The position numbers and the translations under genes were made by a program. A model generated the notes under the pieces. The model did no database searches and was not told where the DNA came from. It worked only from the letters and a program-made list of their open reading frames with translations. From the NCBI GenBank assembly GCA_020632925.1, contig JACKER010000007.1:116910-180909 (forward strand): a DNA stretch of 64,000 bases, in the 5' to 3' direction. Shown in pieces: positions 47,446 through 57,109 of this stretch. This stretch comes from Alphaproteobacteria bacterium (GTDB taxonomy: Bacteria > Myxococcota_A > UBA796 > GCA-2862545). The first letter of the stretch is position 1. Each line of letters starts with the position of its first letter.

Positions 47446-48360
47446 TCATCGACTGCGGGTAGAATGCGCGCCATGGTCGCAGAACGTGGCGTTCACGAGC
47501 GGTTCTCGCGGCGGCTCACGTCGGATGGCCGTGGCCCGTTCGACCGCCGCCCTCAGCTCGTCATCGCCGATCTGCCGGTAGTACCTGAGCATCGTGGCGA
47601 CCGAGTGCCCGGTCACTGCCGCCGCAACGCTCGGATCGACGCCGGAGCGGAGCATCCGGGTGACGACCATGCGACGGAGCCCGTGGGGTGTGAACCGGCG
47701 TACGCCCGCCGCGTCGCACGCCTCCAGCAGTCGCCGCTCCAGCGCCTGGACGGGTGCGACGGTCGTTCGTCCTCTGCCGCGGCGCCCGGCCCCTTCCAGG
47801 GCGAACAGGGGAGAATCGTCCACGCTCGACCGCCCGCGCAACAGCTCAGCGGTGCCTCCGTCGAGCGGGACCCGGCGTCGCCCTGTCTTCGATGCGCCTA
47901 CGGCCCGCCCGAACACGACCCAGCCGGCGTGCTCGTCGAGGTCCGACGCTCGCAGGCGCACGACCTCACCCACTCGAGCCCCCGTCCGAGCCATGACCAG
48001 CGCCGCCAGCCACCAGTCGTCCCGTGGCATGGCGTCGATGGCTCGGAGTGCCTCCTCGAGGGTCGGCGTCCGGTGGTTGTGGGTGTGCTGCTGCCCGTCG
48101 ATGCGGACGCGCGGCACCCGGAGTCCGAGCGCTGCGCCGAGGAGGCCGGTCCGCTGTGCCCAACGGAAGGCCATCGCGGCCACCCGGAGCTCGTACGCGA
48201 TGGTGCGCGGTGCGATGCCTGCCTGCCGACGGCGATCGACGATGGGTGTGAGGTCGGCCGTCGCGTCGTGGATCTCGATGTCCGGCTCGGCGAGCAACAT
48301 CCGCGCCACTCGGGCGTACCCGACCTTGGTCCCGTCGGCGAGATCGACCCGTGCCTGCAT
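47446..48360 (-). CDS. tyrosine-type site-specific recombinase/integrase
   Basis: C-terminal catalytic region RFTPHGLRRMVVTRMLRSGVDPSVAAAVTGHSVATMLRYYRQ (H-x-x-R ... Y). ARTGARVGEVVRLRASDL contains box I Arg. The start is chosen at MQARVDLADG and is uncertain. Confidence 0.65.
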   Translation of the reverse strand: MQARVDLADGTKVGYARVARMLLAEPDIEIHDATADLTPIVDRRRQAGIAPRTIAYELRVAAMAFRWAQRTGLLGAALGLRVPRVRIDGQQHTHNHRTPTLEEALRAIDAMPRDDWWLAALVMARTGARVGEVVRLRASDLDEHAGWVVFGRAVGASKTGRRRVPLDGGTAELLRGRSSVDDSPLFALEGAGRRGRGRTTVAPVQALERRLLEACDAAGVRRFTPHGLRRMVVTRMLRSGVDPSVAAAVTGHSVATMLRYYRQIGDDELRAAVERATAIRREPPREPLVNATFCDHGAHSTRSR

Positions 48361-48474
48361 GTACGCGAGCCATGGAGGCAGGATGAAGTGGAACACGAGG
48401 CTCTCCAGGGTCGGCGTGAACAGTCGTTCGCCACACGACACCGGAGCAGCTGGAGGCCATCCGCGCTGAACGGG

Positions 48475-49659
48475 GAATATGAAGAGTATCACCCGTTGGG
48501 GACGACCTCCTGGTGGGCGACCGACGGCGGGACGGAGGTGTCGGCCAAGAGGTACCGATACACGGGGAAGGAACGGGATGACGAGACGGGGCTCGGGTAC
48601 CACGGTGCCAGATACTATGCGGCTTGGCTGGGGAGGTGGGAGAGGCCTGATCCGATAGGACTAGAGGGCGGTGGGGTGAACAGGCTCGCCTACGTCCGCA
48701 ATCGTCCCGTCGCCCTTCGCGACTCTACGGGTCTAGAACCTGAGCCGACGCTCTCAATCACAGACCTCTACAATGCAGCAGCCACCAACGATCTCAGCAG
48801 CCTTCCCGATTCATTCGTTGGGGCGCAAGACGTCATCGATCTGATCTCGATGCTGGACGCCGCGCCAACCGAGCGAGCCGCCTACCGTGCGGATCTGGAC
48901 GGAGAGCTGAGCGGCCAGGCTTCGGAGTATTCTCAGGTCGACCGAGAGAAGGGTATCGCAGCCCTCCTAATGGTTGATTCCCGTGGCCTAGCCGTTTCTG
49001 ACGCGTCCCTGTCCGAAGTGTTTCAGGGGTCCGCATATTCGGAAGGCAACCGTGGTGGTTCAGTCGCAGACGCGCAATACGATGCAGCCGCCGACTCCAT
49101 GCCATCCCCAGAGATCACTGATCCCAGTGCCGTGGGCCCGTGGCTTCGGACGATTGTCCGAGGCCATACGCATGGCGATCCATCGCATCAGCCCAAACGC
49201 AGGAGAGCCAAGGTTTTTGGCGCATCAGGGGGCGATCTCTACAACCACTTCACTTTCGGTGCGGAAATGCGGTTCGTTGTGGACGATAGAAATCCCGCGG
49301 AAGGAGGTACGGTCTTGGTTCTTTCGAACGCCGGAAGTGTGTATGAACAACTCGGCGGGGATACGAGTTCGTCAAGGCAGCGGCGCGTCGTCCATCGCAT
49401 GCAAGTGCGCGTAAAGAGTATCGTGGGCTCACTCGCCGATATTAACGCCAGAGATGCCGCAACGCTCCTTGCGAATACCGTTGGTGGACGTGTATACGCA
49501 AGCGACAGTTCACCGCAACTGGGACGCTTCGAGGTCGCACGGCCATATGAGCAACTCTCGGAGGCGTCGGAGCAGGTGAGTGATGCCATCGCTAGGTACG
49601 CCACCACGATGCAACGGGCTCAGCTGCGTATCCAACGGATTCAGGGAGCAGGTCGGTGA
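48475..49659 (+). CDS. orphan RHS repeat-associated core C-terminal fragment + variable toxin domain (5'-truncated rhs-CT module)
   Basis: EYEEYHPLG...AKRYRYTGKERDDETGLGYHGARYYAAWLGRWERPDPIGLEGGGVNRLAYVRNRPVALRDSTGLEP is the conserved end of RHS/YD cores (RYYDP...GRW..DPIGL). It is followed by about 330 aa of unrelated sequence that fits a polymorphic toxin tip. The upstream core is missing. Possible internal GTG start at 48538. GC is visibly lower than in flanking DNA. Confidence 0.55.
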   Translation, partial: EYEEYHPLGTTSWWATDGGTEVSAKRYRYTGKERDDETGLGYHGARYYAAWLGRWERPDPIGLEGGGVNRLAYVRNRPVALRDSTGLEPEPTLSITDLYNAAATNDLSSLPDSFVGAQDVIDLISMLDAAPTERAAYRADLDGELSGQASEYSQVDREKGIAALLMVDSRGLAVSDASLSEVFQGSAYSEGNRGGSVADAQYDAAADSMPSPEITDPSAVGPWLRTIVRGHTHGDPSHQPKRRRAKVFGASGGDLYNHFTFGAEMRFVVDDRNPAEGGTVLVLSNAGSVYEQLGGDTSSSRQRRVVHRMQVRVKSIVGSLADINARDAATLLANTVGGRVYASDSSPQLGRFEVARPYEQLSEASEQVSDAIARYATTMQRAQLRIQRIQGAGR

Positions 49660-50249
49660 GTTCGTGGGAGTCCACTACTGTCGCAGTCTCTGTGGTTGTC
49701 GATGGCCGCGCGGTTGTTCGTGTTGAACACGACAAATGCATGGTCATGGAGGCACGGAGTGTTCCACGATTCATGGATGACCCACTTGCTGCGGTAAATG
49801 TGACGCGTGTATTGCCATTCTTCAATGGCATGCGCGGTTCGTTTGTGACTCTGGGCCTCTTGTCGCCAGACTCCCACAATTCAGCCCGAGAGGTATCGCT
49901 GGCAGTTGCGCAGCTTGGAATGCGGCATGGATGGCTAGATGGTGTGGCATGGCTCAATGTAGCTCCAGTCATGCAGCAGTGTGACTGGGGAGCGTTGTAC
50001 GGGACACCACCGGCCATCCTCTTTGGCACCGCCACACGCCGACAGCGCGCGGCACTCCTGACGATACTGGAGGCGTCGCTCGTCTCACGACGACCTGGTT
50101 TGGCATTCGAGCAGCTCGACTGGGGGATCGAGATTCATCACGGGACACAGCACCTTCCGCCATTTTGGGACTGTCGCCGGCAGGATGATGCGTGCTCAGA
50201 CGTCATGGCCATGCTTGGCCTGCTTCAGGATCCTCCGTGGATTCCATAG
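49656..50249 (+). CDS. putative cognate immunity protein of the orphan RHS toxin
   Basis: GTG start overlapping the toxin TGA (GTGA). 197 aa. Low GC with normal composition. Position typical of rhsI. No recognisable domain. Confidence 0.4.
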   Translation: MSSWESTTVAVSVVVDGRAVVRVEHDKCMVMEARSVPRFMDDPLAAVNVTRVLPFFNGMRGSFVTLGLLSPDSHNSAREVSLAVAQLGMRHGWLDGVAWLNVAPVMQQCDWGALYGTPPAILFGTATRRQRAALLTILEASLVSRRPGLAFEQLDWGIEIHHGTQHLPPFWDCRRQDDACSDVMAMLGLLQDPPWIP

Positions 50250-50454
50250 GGACACCGCTGCTAATGCGGCATCACTCGGGACCGAGTGAACGCGCCAGAC
50301 GAATATCACCTATTCTCCATACTTTACGATTGGACCCGGCGGGCTTGAAGTTGCACCGCGGAGGACGCGGAGAGCGCGGAGGTCGGACGGAGGTAGAGCA
50401 GATGCTGCTCGTGACTGCGCACCTACCAGGTCTCCAGCGGACGACGTCGTGAGG

Positions 50455-50500
50455 GCCCTGTTCTCCGCGTCCTCCGCGTCCTCCGCGGTGAATCCACCGA
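50455..50500. repeat. direct repeat copy 1 (about 45 bp: CTGTTCTCCGCGTCCTCCGCGTCCTCCGCGGTGAATCCACCGAG)
   Basis: About 93% identical to the copy at 50607..50655. Both lie between the low-GC islet and the ECF sigma gene. Confidence 0.5.
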
Positions 50501-50606
50501 GAACCCCACGCACCACATCTCTACGCAACGATCTCGAGCGCCTGCTGGTGACCAACAGGCCCGCCATGGGCGACAGGGCTGCTCCTCCCCCTCTACTGTC
50601 GGGATG

Positions 50607-50655
50607 TGCCCGTTCTCCGTGTCCTCTGCGTCCTCCGCGGTGAATCCACCGAGCA
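50607..50655. repeat. direct repeat copy 2 (CCGTTCTCCGTGTCCTCTGCGTCCTCCGCGGTGAATCCACCGAG)
   Basis: See copy 1. It ends about 45 nt upstream of the ECF sigma start codon. Confidence 0.5.
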
Positions 50656-50701
50656 TCTCCACATGGGTCCGTCTCGGTCCGCGCCGTGATACCCCTCGCC
50701 G

Positions 50702-51199
50702 ATGAGCGACTCCCCCGTCGACGAGGACGTCTACGCCCTGCTGCGCTCGCTCGCGCGACGCATCCACGCCGAGCGCGGAGGTGGGCGGCACTCGCTGCAG
50801 CCGACGGAGCTCCTGCACGAGGCCTGGGCGCGGATCGCGGACGGGAACGCCCACTACCGGTCGCGGGAACACTTCGTCGCGCTCGCGGCGCGCGCCATGC
50901 GGCACGTGCTCGTGGACCGTGCCCGCGCCAGGCTGGCGGACAAGCGCGGTGGCGGTGCCGTGCCCACGACCCTGCGCGCCGTGGGCGTCAGCGACGACCC
51001 CGTGGACCTGCTCGCCGTCGACCAGGCGCTCACCGAGCTCGAGGCCAACGACGCCCGCGCCGCCGAGGTCGTGCAGCTCCGCGTCTTCGGCGGGCTCACG
51101 GTGGAGGAGGTCGCGGCGCACCTCGGGCTCGGCGAGCGAACGGTGTACGACAGCTGGCGCTTCGGGCGCGCGTTCCTCGTCCTGCGCCTGGGCGCGTAG
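50702..51199 (+). CDS. ECF-type sigma-70 family RNA polymerase sigma factor
   Basis: Region 2 (LLHEAWARIAD), region 4 (EVVQLRVFGGLTVEEVAAHLGLGERTVYDSWRFGRAFL). Confidence 0.8.
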   Translation: MSDSPVDEDVYALLRSLARRIHAERGGGRHSLQPTELLHEAWARIADGNAHYRSREHFVALAARAMRHVLVDRARARLADKRGGGAVPTTLRAVGVSDDPVDLLAVDQALTELEANDARAAEVVQLRVFGGLTVEEVAAHLGLGERTVYDSWRFGRAFLVLRLGA

Positions 51200-51211
51200 T
51201 ACCGTTGGGTC

Positions 51212-54200
51212 GTGGAGCCGGGTGCTTTCCAGCGTGCGCGTGACCTGTTCGCCCGCCTGGTCGACGACGACCCCGGTGAGCGGCTGGCCCGGCTGCACGC
51301 GACCTGTGACGACCCGGTCGTGCGCGGGCTCGTGGAGGGGCTGCTCGCGGCGGATGCGCAGAGCCGGCTGCTGCGGACCACGGCGGTCGGCGTCGGCGTG
51401 CTCCCAGCACCCGCGAGCGGCGTCTTCGGCACCTGGCGGCTCCACACCCAGGTCGGGACCGACCCGTACACGCGGACCTGGCTCGCGACCAGCGGCGACG
51501 GCGTGGCGGCGGTGCAGGTCATCGAGCGCTGGCCCGCGCTGAGCGAGACCCAGCGGGCACACCTCCGGCTGCGCCTCTCCGAGCTCGCGGCCATCGACCA
51601 CCCCGGCCTCCCGGGGCCGTACCGCCTGGTGGAGAGCAGCCAGCAGGCCGCTTGGGTCGGGCCTCCGCCGCAGGGGACGCCGGTGGCGCCCGACGAGCTC
51701 CGGGGGGTGGAGCTCCCCCGGTTCGTCGCCCAGATCGCCGAGCTCGTGGGCGCGCTGCACGAGCAGGGGTTCGCTCACGGCGGGCTCGCGGTCGCGTCCT
51801 TCCGGCGGCGCGGCGAGCGCTTCGTCGTCGACGGGTACGGCCCCCGGTCCGTGCTGGCCGCCGCGGGCGAGGCCACCGATCTCGCCGACCTCCACGCCCT
51901 GCTTCGACGGTGCGCCCTGCTGGCCGACGGGCGGTTCCGCGCGGGCATGGAGGCGCTGGCCGCGGAGGACGACGTGGGTTCGGCGGCGACGCTGGCCGCG
52001 AGACTGCGTCGGATCGAGTTCGGCACGGACACCGCCGACGTGCCAGCGCCGACGGCGCCTGGTTTCGTCGCCCACCTCCGGCAGCTGAACTTCACGGGGG
52101 ACCACGCGGGGGTGCTGGCGGAGGTCGAGGAGGCACGTGCGCGGGAAGGGGAGCAGCCGGCGCTGGTCGACCAGGAGGTGGTCGTCGCGCTGTGCTGGCT
52201 GCTGCGCATGGAGGAGGCGGAGACCCTCTCGGCGTCGGTGCTCGCGCGCACTCGCGCCGAGGGCGACGCGCTGGGCGAGGTCCAGATCCGCAGCGTCCGG
52301 AGCTTCCTCGCCAGTCACCGCGGTGACCACCAGGCGGGTCTGGGAGAGCTGGACGCGGCGTACGCGGCGCTGCACACCCTCGAGGAGGTCCCGCCCGGCG
52401 TCGAGGGCGCCCTGCTGCGCACGCGAGCGGGCGTCGTCGGTCCCGCGGGTCGGCATCGCGCGGCGCTGCGCGATCGTCGCCGGGCCGCGGACCTGCTGCT
52501 CGCGACGGAGACCCGGGGGCACCGCTCGCGTGGCGCCTTCCTCCGCGCCCAGCTGCTCCTGCAAGTGGGTGACCCGCTGGAGGCGGAGATCGCCGTCTCG
52601 GCCGCGGAGGCGCTGTTCGTCGCGCTCCCCGACCCCGCCGGTCAGGCCGACGCCCGCTACCTGCTCGCGAAGATCCACCTGCAGCGCGGCGCGAACGAGG
52701 CCGCCCTCAGCGCCGCCGAGGGATCGATCGAGGTCCTCGAGCGGCTCGGTCGCCCGCGGTTCGCGGTCAGCGCCATGATCACCGCCGCCATCGCCGCCCG
52801 GCGCGCCGGGCTCCCGGACCGCGCCAGGAGGTGGGCGGAGCGTGCGGGGGCGCTGTCCGAGCTCGACTGGGAGCGCGCGTCGATCGGGCTGCAGCTCGCG
52901 ATCCAGCGGCTCGTCGCCGGGGAGGTCGACGCGGCGCGGTCGCACGTCGAGCGGGCTCGGGGGACGGGCGGCCCGCCTGAGGCGGTGGCGGGCTGGGTGG
53001 CGCTGATGGAGCTGGCGTGCGCCGACCCCCATGATCCGGCGTGGAGTCAGCGCTTCCGGGCGGTGGCGGAGCGGCTGCGCCGCGACGCGGTGGCCGACGA
53101 GGACGTGGTGGACGTGCTGCTGCGCCTGACGGACGCAGCCCCGGCCGAGCTCCGACCCGTGGTGCTGGAGCTCGCCCTCGATCGCTGCACAGTCGCGACG
53201 GTCGGCGGCGCCGAGGCGCGGTGTCGACGCCGTCTGGTCGCGCTGGTCGCGGAGGGCGCCAGGCCCGTGATCGACGGGCTGGTGGTCGAGGAGACGCTCG
53301 GCCGCGGTGGGATGGGCGTGGTGCTCGGCGCGCGAGACCTGGAGTCCGGGGAGCGCGTCGCCATCAAGGTGATCGAGGGCGCGCTCCTCGATCGGGCCAC
53401 CGTGGAGAGCGAGATCCGCGCGGTCGCGGCGCTGGAGCACCCAGGCGTGGTCGCCGTCCGTGGCATGGGCACGCTCTCGGAGGTCGCCGCGCGCCTGGCG
53501 GGCCTGCCGGTGGGCGCGCCGTGGTTCGCGATGGAGCGGATCGACGGCGGATCGCTCGTTGCGGAGGTCGGGCGCACGGACGCTGCAGGACTGGTCGCCG
53601 TCGCGGAGCAGGTCCTGCGGACGCTCGCGCACGTCCACGCCCGCGGCCTGGTCCACCTCGACCTCAAGCCCGCCAACCTGCTGCGCGACCCCGAGCGGGG
53701 CGTGGTCCTCACCGACTTCGGCATCTCTCGCGCACGCACGGGGGAGGCGGGCGCGTTCGCGGGAGGGACCCCGGGCTACTGGGCGCCCGAGCAGGTCCTG
53801 TCGGGGGTGCTCGGGCCGTGGACCGATCTGTACGCCCTGGGGTGTACGCTGTGGGCGCTGTGCTCGGGCCGCCCCCCGCGCAAGCTCCACGGCGACCCGC
53901 TCCGCCCGTTGCCGGACACCGTCCCGCCGAGCCTCGCCCGCTGGCTGTCGCGGATGATCGAGCTCCACCCCGAGCGTCGGTTCCGTCGGGCGACCGACGC
54001 GCTCGCCGCCCTCGGTCGGGAGAGGACGCCCGCAGCTCCTCGGTCCTCGTCGCGCCCCCCGGTCACGCCGCGCCTCCTGCTGCTGCGAGAGCCGCCGATG
54101 GTCGGACGCCAGCGGCTGCGCGAGGAGCTCCTGGAGCTGGCGCGGGCAGCTGCGCCCCGGATCCACCTCGTGGGACCGTGGGGTGTCGGGAAGCGAAGGC

Positions 54201-54772
54201 TCGCGCGCTGGGTGGTCGAGGAAGGGCGCGAGGCGGGGTGGCTCGCCGATCCGGGCGCTCCCGACGGGTTCCCGGCGTGGCTCACGATCGCCCGCGACGG
54301 TGAGGGTCTCGTGGTGGGGGACATGACCGACGACGAGCTCGAGACGCTGGCCCGGTCGGGACTCGGGCTCGGACCCGCGCTGACCGACGTGTTGGTCGAG
54401 CGGGCGGCAGGGCGCCCCCGCTTCCTGGTGGCGGCGGCGGAGCTCGAGGTCCGTCGTGGCAACCTCCTGCCCGGTACCCGCGGCATCACCCGGATCCCCG
54501 ATCCACCCGATCCACTGCCGTCGACCCCCGACGAGCTCGCCGCCGCCTGGCTCGACCTCGCGGTGGGCCCGCGTCGGGGCGACCGCGCCGTCCAGCTGGA
54601 GGAGGCGGCCGCGAGGGATCCGATCCACCTCGACGACTGGCAGGCGGCCTGCGTGGCGCGAGATGCCGAGGGTGATCCTTCCTTCCTGCAAGGCCTCGTG
54701 GGGGCGGGTCTGCTCGTCCCCCGAGGTCTGGCCTGTTGGAGCTGGCGCGCGCGGTGGACCGTGCTAGGGTGA
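51212..54772 (+). CDS. large multidomain Ser/Thr protein kinase (N-terminal sigma-associated/TPR-like region, kinase domain, C-terminal P-loop NTPase-like region)
   Basis: 1186 aa. Kinase core GRGGMGVVLGA...VAIKV...HLDLKPANLL...DFGIS...APE. C-terminal LVGPWGVGKRRLARW (Walker A-like). Begins 13 nt after the ECF sigma stop. Confidence 0.7.
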   Translation: MEPGAFQRARDLFARLVDDDPGERLARLHATCDDPVVRGLVEGLLAADAQSRLLRTTAVGVGVLPAPASGVFGTWRLHTQVGTDPYTRTWLATSGDGVAAVQVIERWPALSETQRAHLRLRLSELAAIDHPGLPGPYRLVESSQQAAWVGPPPQGTPVAPDELRGVELPRFVAQIAELVGALHEQGFAHGGLAVASFRRRGERFVVDGYGPRSVLAAAGEATDLADLHALLRRCALLADGRFRAGMEALAAEDDVGSAATLAARLRRIEFGTDTADVPAPTAPGFVAHLRQLNFTGDHAGVLAEVEEARAREGEQPALVDQEVVVALCWLLRMEEAETLSASVLARTRAEGDALGEVQIRSVRSFLASHRGDHQAGLGELDAAYAALHTLEEVPPGVEGALLRTRAGVVGPAGRHRAALRDRRRAADLLLATETRGHRSRGAFLRAQLLLQVGDPLEAEIAVSAAEALFVALPDPAGQADARYLLAKIHLQRGANEAALSAAEGSIEVLERLGRPRFAVSAMITAAIAARRAGLPDRARRWAERAGALSELDWERASIGLQLAIQRLVAGEVDAARSHVERARGTGGPPEAVAGWVALMELACADPHDPAWSQRFRAVAERLRRDAVADEDVVDVLLRLTDAAPAELRPVVLELALDRCTVATVGGAEARCRRRLVALVAEGARPVIDGLVVEETLGRGGMGVVLGARDLESGERVAIKVIEGALLDRATVESEIRAVAALEHPGVVAVRGMGTLSEVAARLAGLPVGAPWFAMERIDGGSLVAEVGRTDAAGLVAVAEQVLRTLAHVHARGLVHLDLKPANLLRDPERGVVLTDFGISRARTGEAGAFAGGTPGYWAPEQVLSGVLGPWTDLYALGCTLWALCSGRPPRKLHGDPLRPLPDTVPPSLARWLSRMIELHPERRFRRATDALAALGRERTPAAPRSSSRPPVTPRLLLLREPPMVGRQRLREELLELARAAAPRIHLVGPWGVGKRRLARWVVEEGREAGWLADPGAPDGFPAWLTIARDGEGLVVGDMTDDELETLARSGLGLGPALTDVLVERAAGRPRFLVAAAELEVRRGNLLPGTRGITRIPDPPDPLPSTPDELAAAWLDLAVGPRRGDRAVQLEEAAARDPIHLDDWQAACVARDAEGDPSFLQGLVGAGLLVPRGLACWSWRARWTVLG

Positions 54773-54776
54773 ACAC

Positions 54777-55328
54777 ATGTTCACTACACGTGCGCTCGAG
54801 AGCGACGACTGGTCGGTCGTCGAGGGATTGTTCGGGACCAACGGCGCCTGCGGGGGCTGCTGGTGCATGTACTGGCGGCTCGCCCCGAAGGACTACGAGG
54901 CCGCGAAGGGCGAGGGGAACCGCTCCGCCTTCCGGGAGCTGGTCCGGTCGGGCCGCGCTCGGGGCGTGCTGGCCTTCGAGGGTGACGATGCCGTCGGTTG
55001 GTGCGCCGTCGGGCCGCGCGAGGATTTCGGTCGCATCGTGCGCCACCGGACGCTGGGTCGCGACGCGGCCGTGGGGACCTGGAGCGTGAACTGCTTCTTC
55101 GTACCGAGGGCGCACCGCGGGCGAGGCGTGGCGAAGGCGCTGCTCGACGCCGCCGTGGGCTTCGCTGGGGCGGGCGGCGCGTCCGAGCTCGAGGGGTATC
55201 CGGTGACCCCCAAGGACGGGAAGATGCCTGCCGCCTTCGCGTACACGGGGGTGGACGCGATGTTCGAAGGGGCGGGTTTCGCTCCGCTCGCGCGCGAGGG
55301 GCGCGCCATCTGGGTGCGCGCGGTGTAG
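54777..55328 (+). CDS. GNAT family N-acetyltransferase
   Basis: 183 aa. VAKALLDAAVGFA motif A-like. Compact acetyltransferase fold length. Confidence 0.65.
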   Translation: MFTTRALESDDWSVVEGLFGTNGACGGCWCMYWRLAPKDYEAAKGEGNRSAFRELVRSGRARGVLAFEGDDAVGWCAVGPREDFGRIVRHRTLGRDAAVGTWSVNCFFVPRAHRGRGVAKALLDAAVGFAGAGGASELEGYPVTPKDGKMPAAFAYTGVDAMFEGAGFAPLAREGRAIWVRAV

Positions 55329-55458
55329 CTTTCGTGACTTCGACGCTACTGCTACTGCTGCGCCACCAACACCACCTTCGTGCGCGGCCACGTCCCGTTC
55401 GCCTGCGTGTGGAACGCCGACTACGGCTGCGGCTGAACGGCCCCGGTATCATCCGGGC

Positions 55459-55980
55459 ATGCTCGATCTCGACTGGACGGCGGCGTGGTCCGCGGTCGCC
55501 CCGCACCTCGCCACCACCGCCGACGTGTTGGTCGGGCGCGTCTGCGGCGGCTCGTGCGCCGCGCTGTCGCTGATCGGCGGTGGTCTGGCGGCCTCGTACA
55601 ACTGGCGTCACGGCCAGACGCCGGCGTCGAAGCGCGCGGGCCTGCTCGTGCTGCTGCCCGCCTTCATCGTGGCGGCCTACGGGACCTGGTCGCTCCTGGC
55701 GCCGACCCCGGACCTCGATCCCTACGTGATCCGCGGACACGTCCAGGCGAAGCGCGCGCTCGGGCACGGGGCGATGGACGCGGTGATCGACGTCTTGGAG
55801 GCGGTCGAGGTGACGCCGGACGGCCCAGGCGCCCCGCGCCCGGAGCTGCTCGGCGTCCACGCCTTCGGGCTCGAGGAGGGGCTCGACGAACGCATCGCGC
55901 CCGACCAGGACGTCGTGCTTCTCTGCCACGTTGCCGACGCCTGCATCGGCACGATCGAGGACGGGAGTCCGCGCCCCTGA
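55459..55980 (+). CDS. hypothetical membrane protein
   Basis: Two hydrophobic segments (CAALSLIGGGLAA; LLVLLPAFIVAAYGTWSLL) followed by a soluble acidic domain. No motif. Confidence 0.35.
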   Translation: MLDLDWTAAWSAVAPHLATTADVLVGRVCGGSCAALSLIGGGLAASYNWRHGQTPASKRAGLLVLLPAFIVAAYGTWSLLAPTPDLDPYVIRGHVQAKRALGHGAMDAVIDVLEAVEVTPDGPGAPRPELLGVHAFGLEEGLDERIAPDQDVVLLCHVADACIGTIEDGSPRP

Positions 55981-55985
55981 GCTCC

Positions 55986-57064
55986 CTACGGTCCGAACAT
56001 GACCGCGATCCGCTGGTTGGGTACCGTGAACGCTCGGTCACCGAACCCGTCGCCGTTGAAGTCCCCGGCTGCGATCACCCATCCGATGCTGGCGTTGTTG
56101 GGCCCACCCCAGGTGGCCAACGGACCCGGCAGCGTCGGGATCACGTTGCCCGACCGCAGGACGCCGACGATGCCGGGCGTCACCGAGTTGGACGCCAGCA
56201 GATCGGCGAGCCCATCACCGTCCACGTCGGGTGACGCGACCCACCTGATCGGGGAACGGCCCAGTCCGCCGACCGGGATCGGTCCCAACGGTCCGCCGGG
56301 GGAGCCGTACACGATCGATTCGTCGGCCCAGAGGTCGCCGTAGCCGTCTCCGTTGAAGTCCGCGCTGGCCAGCTGGTCGTGGCTGGCGCGCCAGCTCCAG
56401 GTCGGATTGATTGCGACGAAGCCCGGTCGGCCCCGATGCACGTCCACGCGCGAGCTCAGCGCGATGGCCAGGTCATCGAGCCCGTCACCGTTGAGGTCGA
56501 CGAACGCCGGCACGCGACCAGCCGGCCCGTACCACTCGGGGATGCTGATCTGGTTGGTGAGCTGCGCCGAAGAATTGCCCACCAGGACGGTGCACTGACT
56601 GGTGCCGTACACGTAGCCATCACACACGGCGATGTCACCATATCCATCGCCATTGGTGTCGCCACTCGCCATGTGCGGCTGGTCGTCACCATCTGCCAGG
56701 CCGGACCATGCCACCACACTCTGGAGCCCGGACGGAGCGCCGCGGTACAGGTAGATGTTCCACAAGAAGTTCGCCCCTGTCCTGGAGGCGACGACCACGT
56801 CGTCCATGCCGTCGCGGTCCGCGTCCAGCGTGACCACCCCACCGAACGTGCGTCCCGCGCCCACGTTTTGTCGGACGGCACACTCGCCAGAGCCACGGGT
56901 CCTCCGTCGTACACTCGAATCGTCGAGCCCTGCAGGACCACCAGGTCGTCGTACCCGTCACCGTTCACGTCCGCCGCCGCCATCCACCCGGGGTAGCCAC
57001 CGCTGGTGACGAGCTGATCGGGTGCCGGCTTGATCGCTGACGCCGCCGCACAGAGAAAGAACAT
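55986..57064 (-). pseudogene. FG-GAP/VCBS-repeat beta-propeller protein, interrupted by a frameshift near 56860
   Basis: Two overlapping ORFs (55986..56864 and 56456..57106) together encode signal peptide MFFLCAAASA..., ADVNGDGYDDLVV, DADRDGMDDVVV, DTNGDGYGDIAV, DLNGDGLDDLAI, DFNGDGYGDLWA, DVDGDGLADLLA, DFNGDGFGDRAF. The frames join at ...VPSDK(T/N)...GAGRTFGG across the run GACAAAACGTGGG. Confidence 0.5.
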
Positions 57065-57109
57065 GGACCCTCCGCCAGACTGCAGGATGTCTGGACGTAC
57101 GGGCAACCG

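Noticed and set aside
48475-48540. Calling a full-length RHS gene running leftward through 47464
   Set aside because: The upstream in-frame sequence is the antisense of the integrase gene and has no YD/RHS repeats. RHS similarity begins abruptly at about 48475, consistent with a displaced orphan C-terminal cassette.
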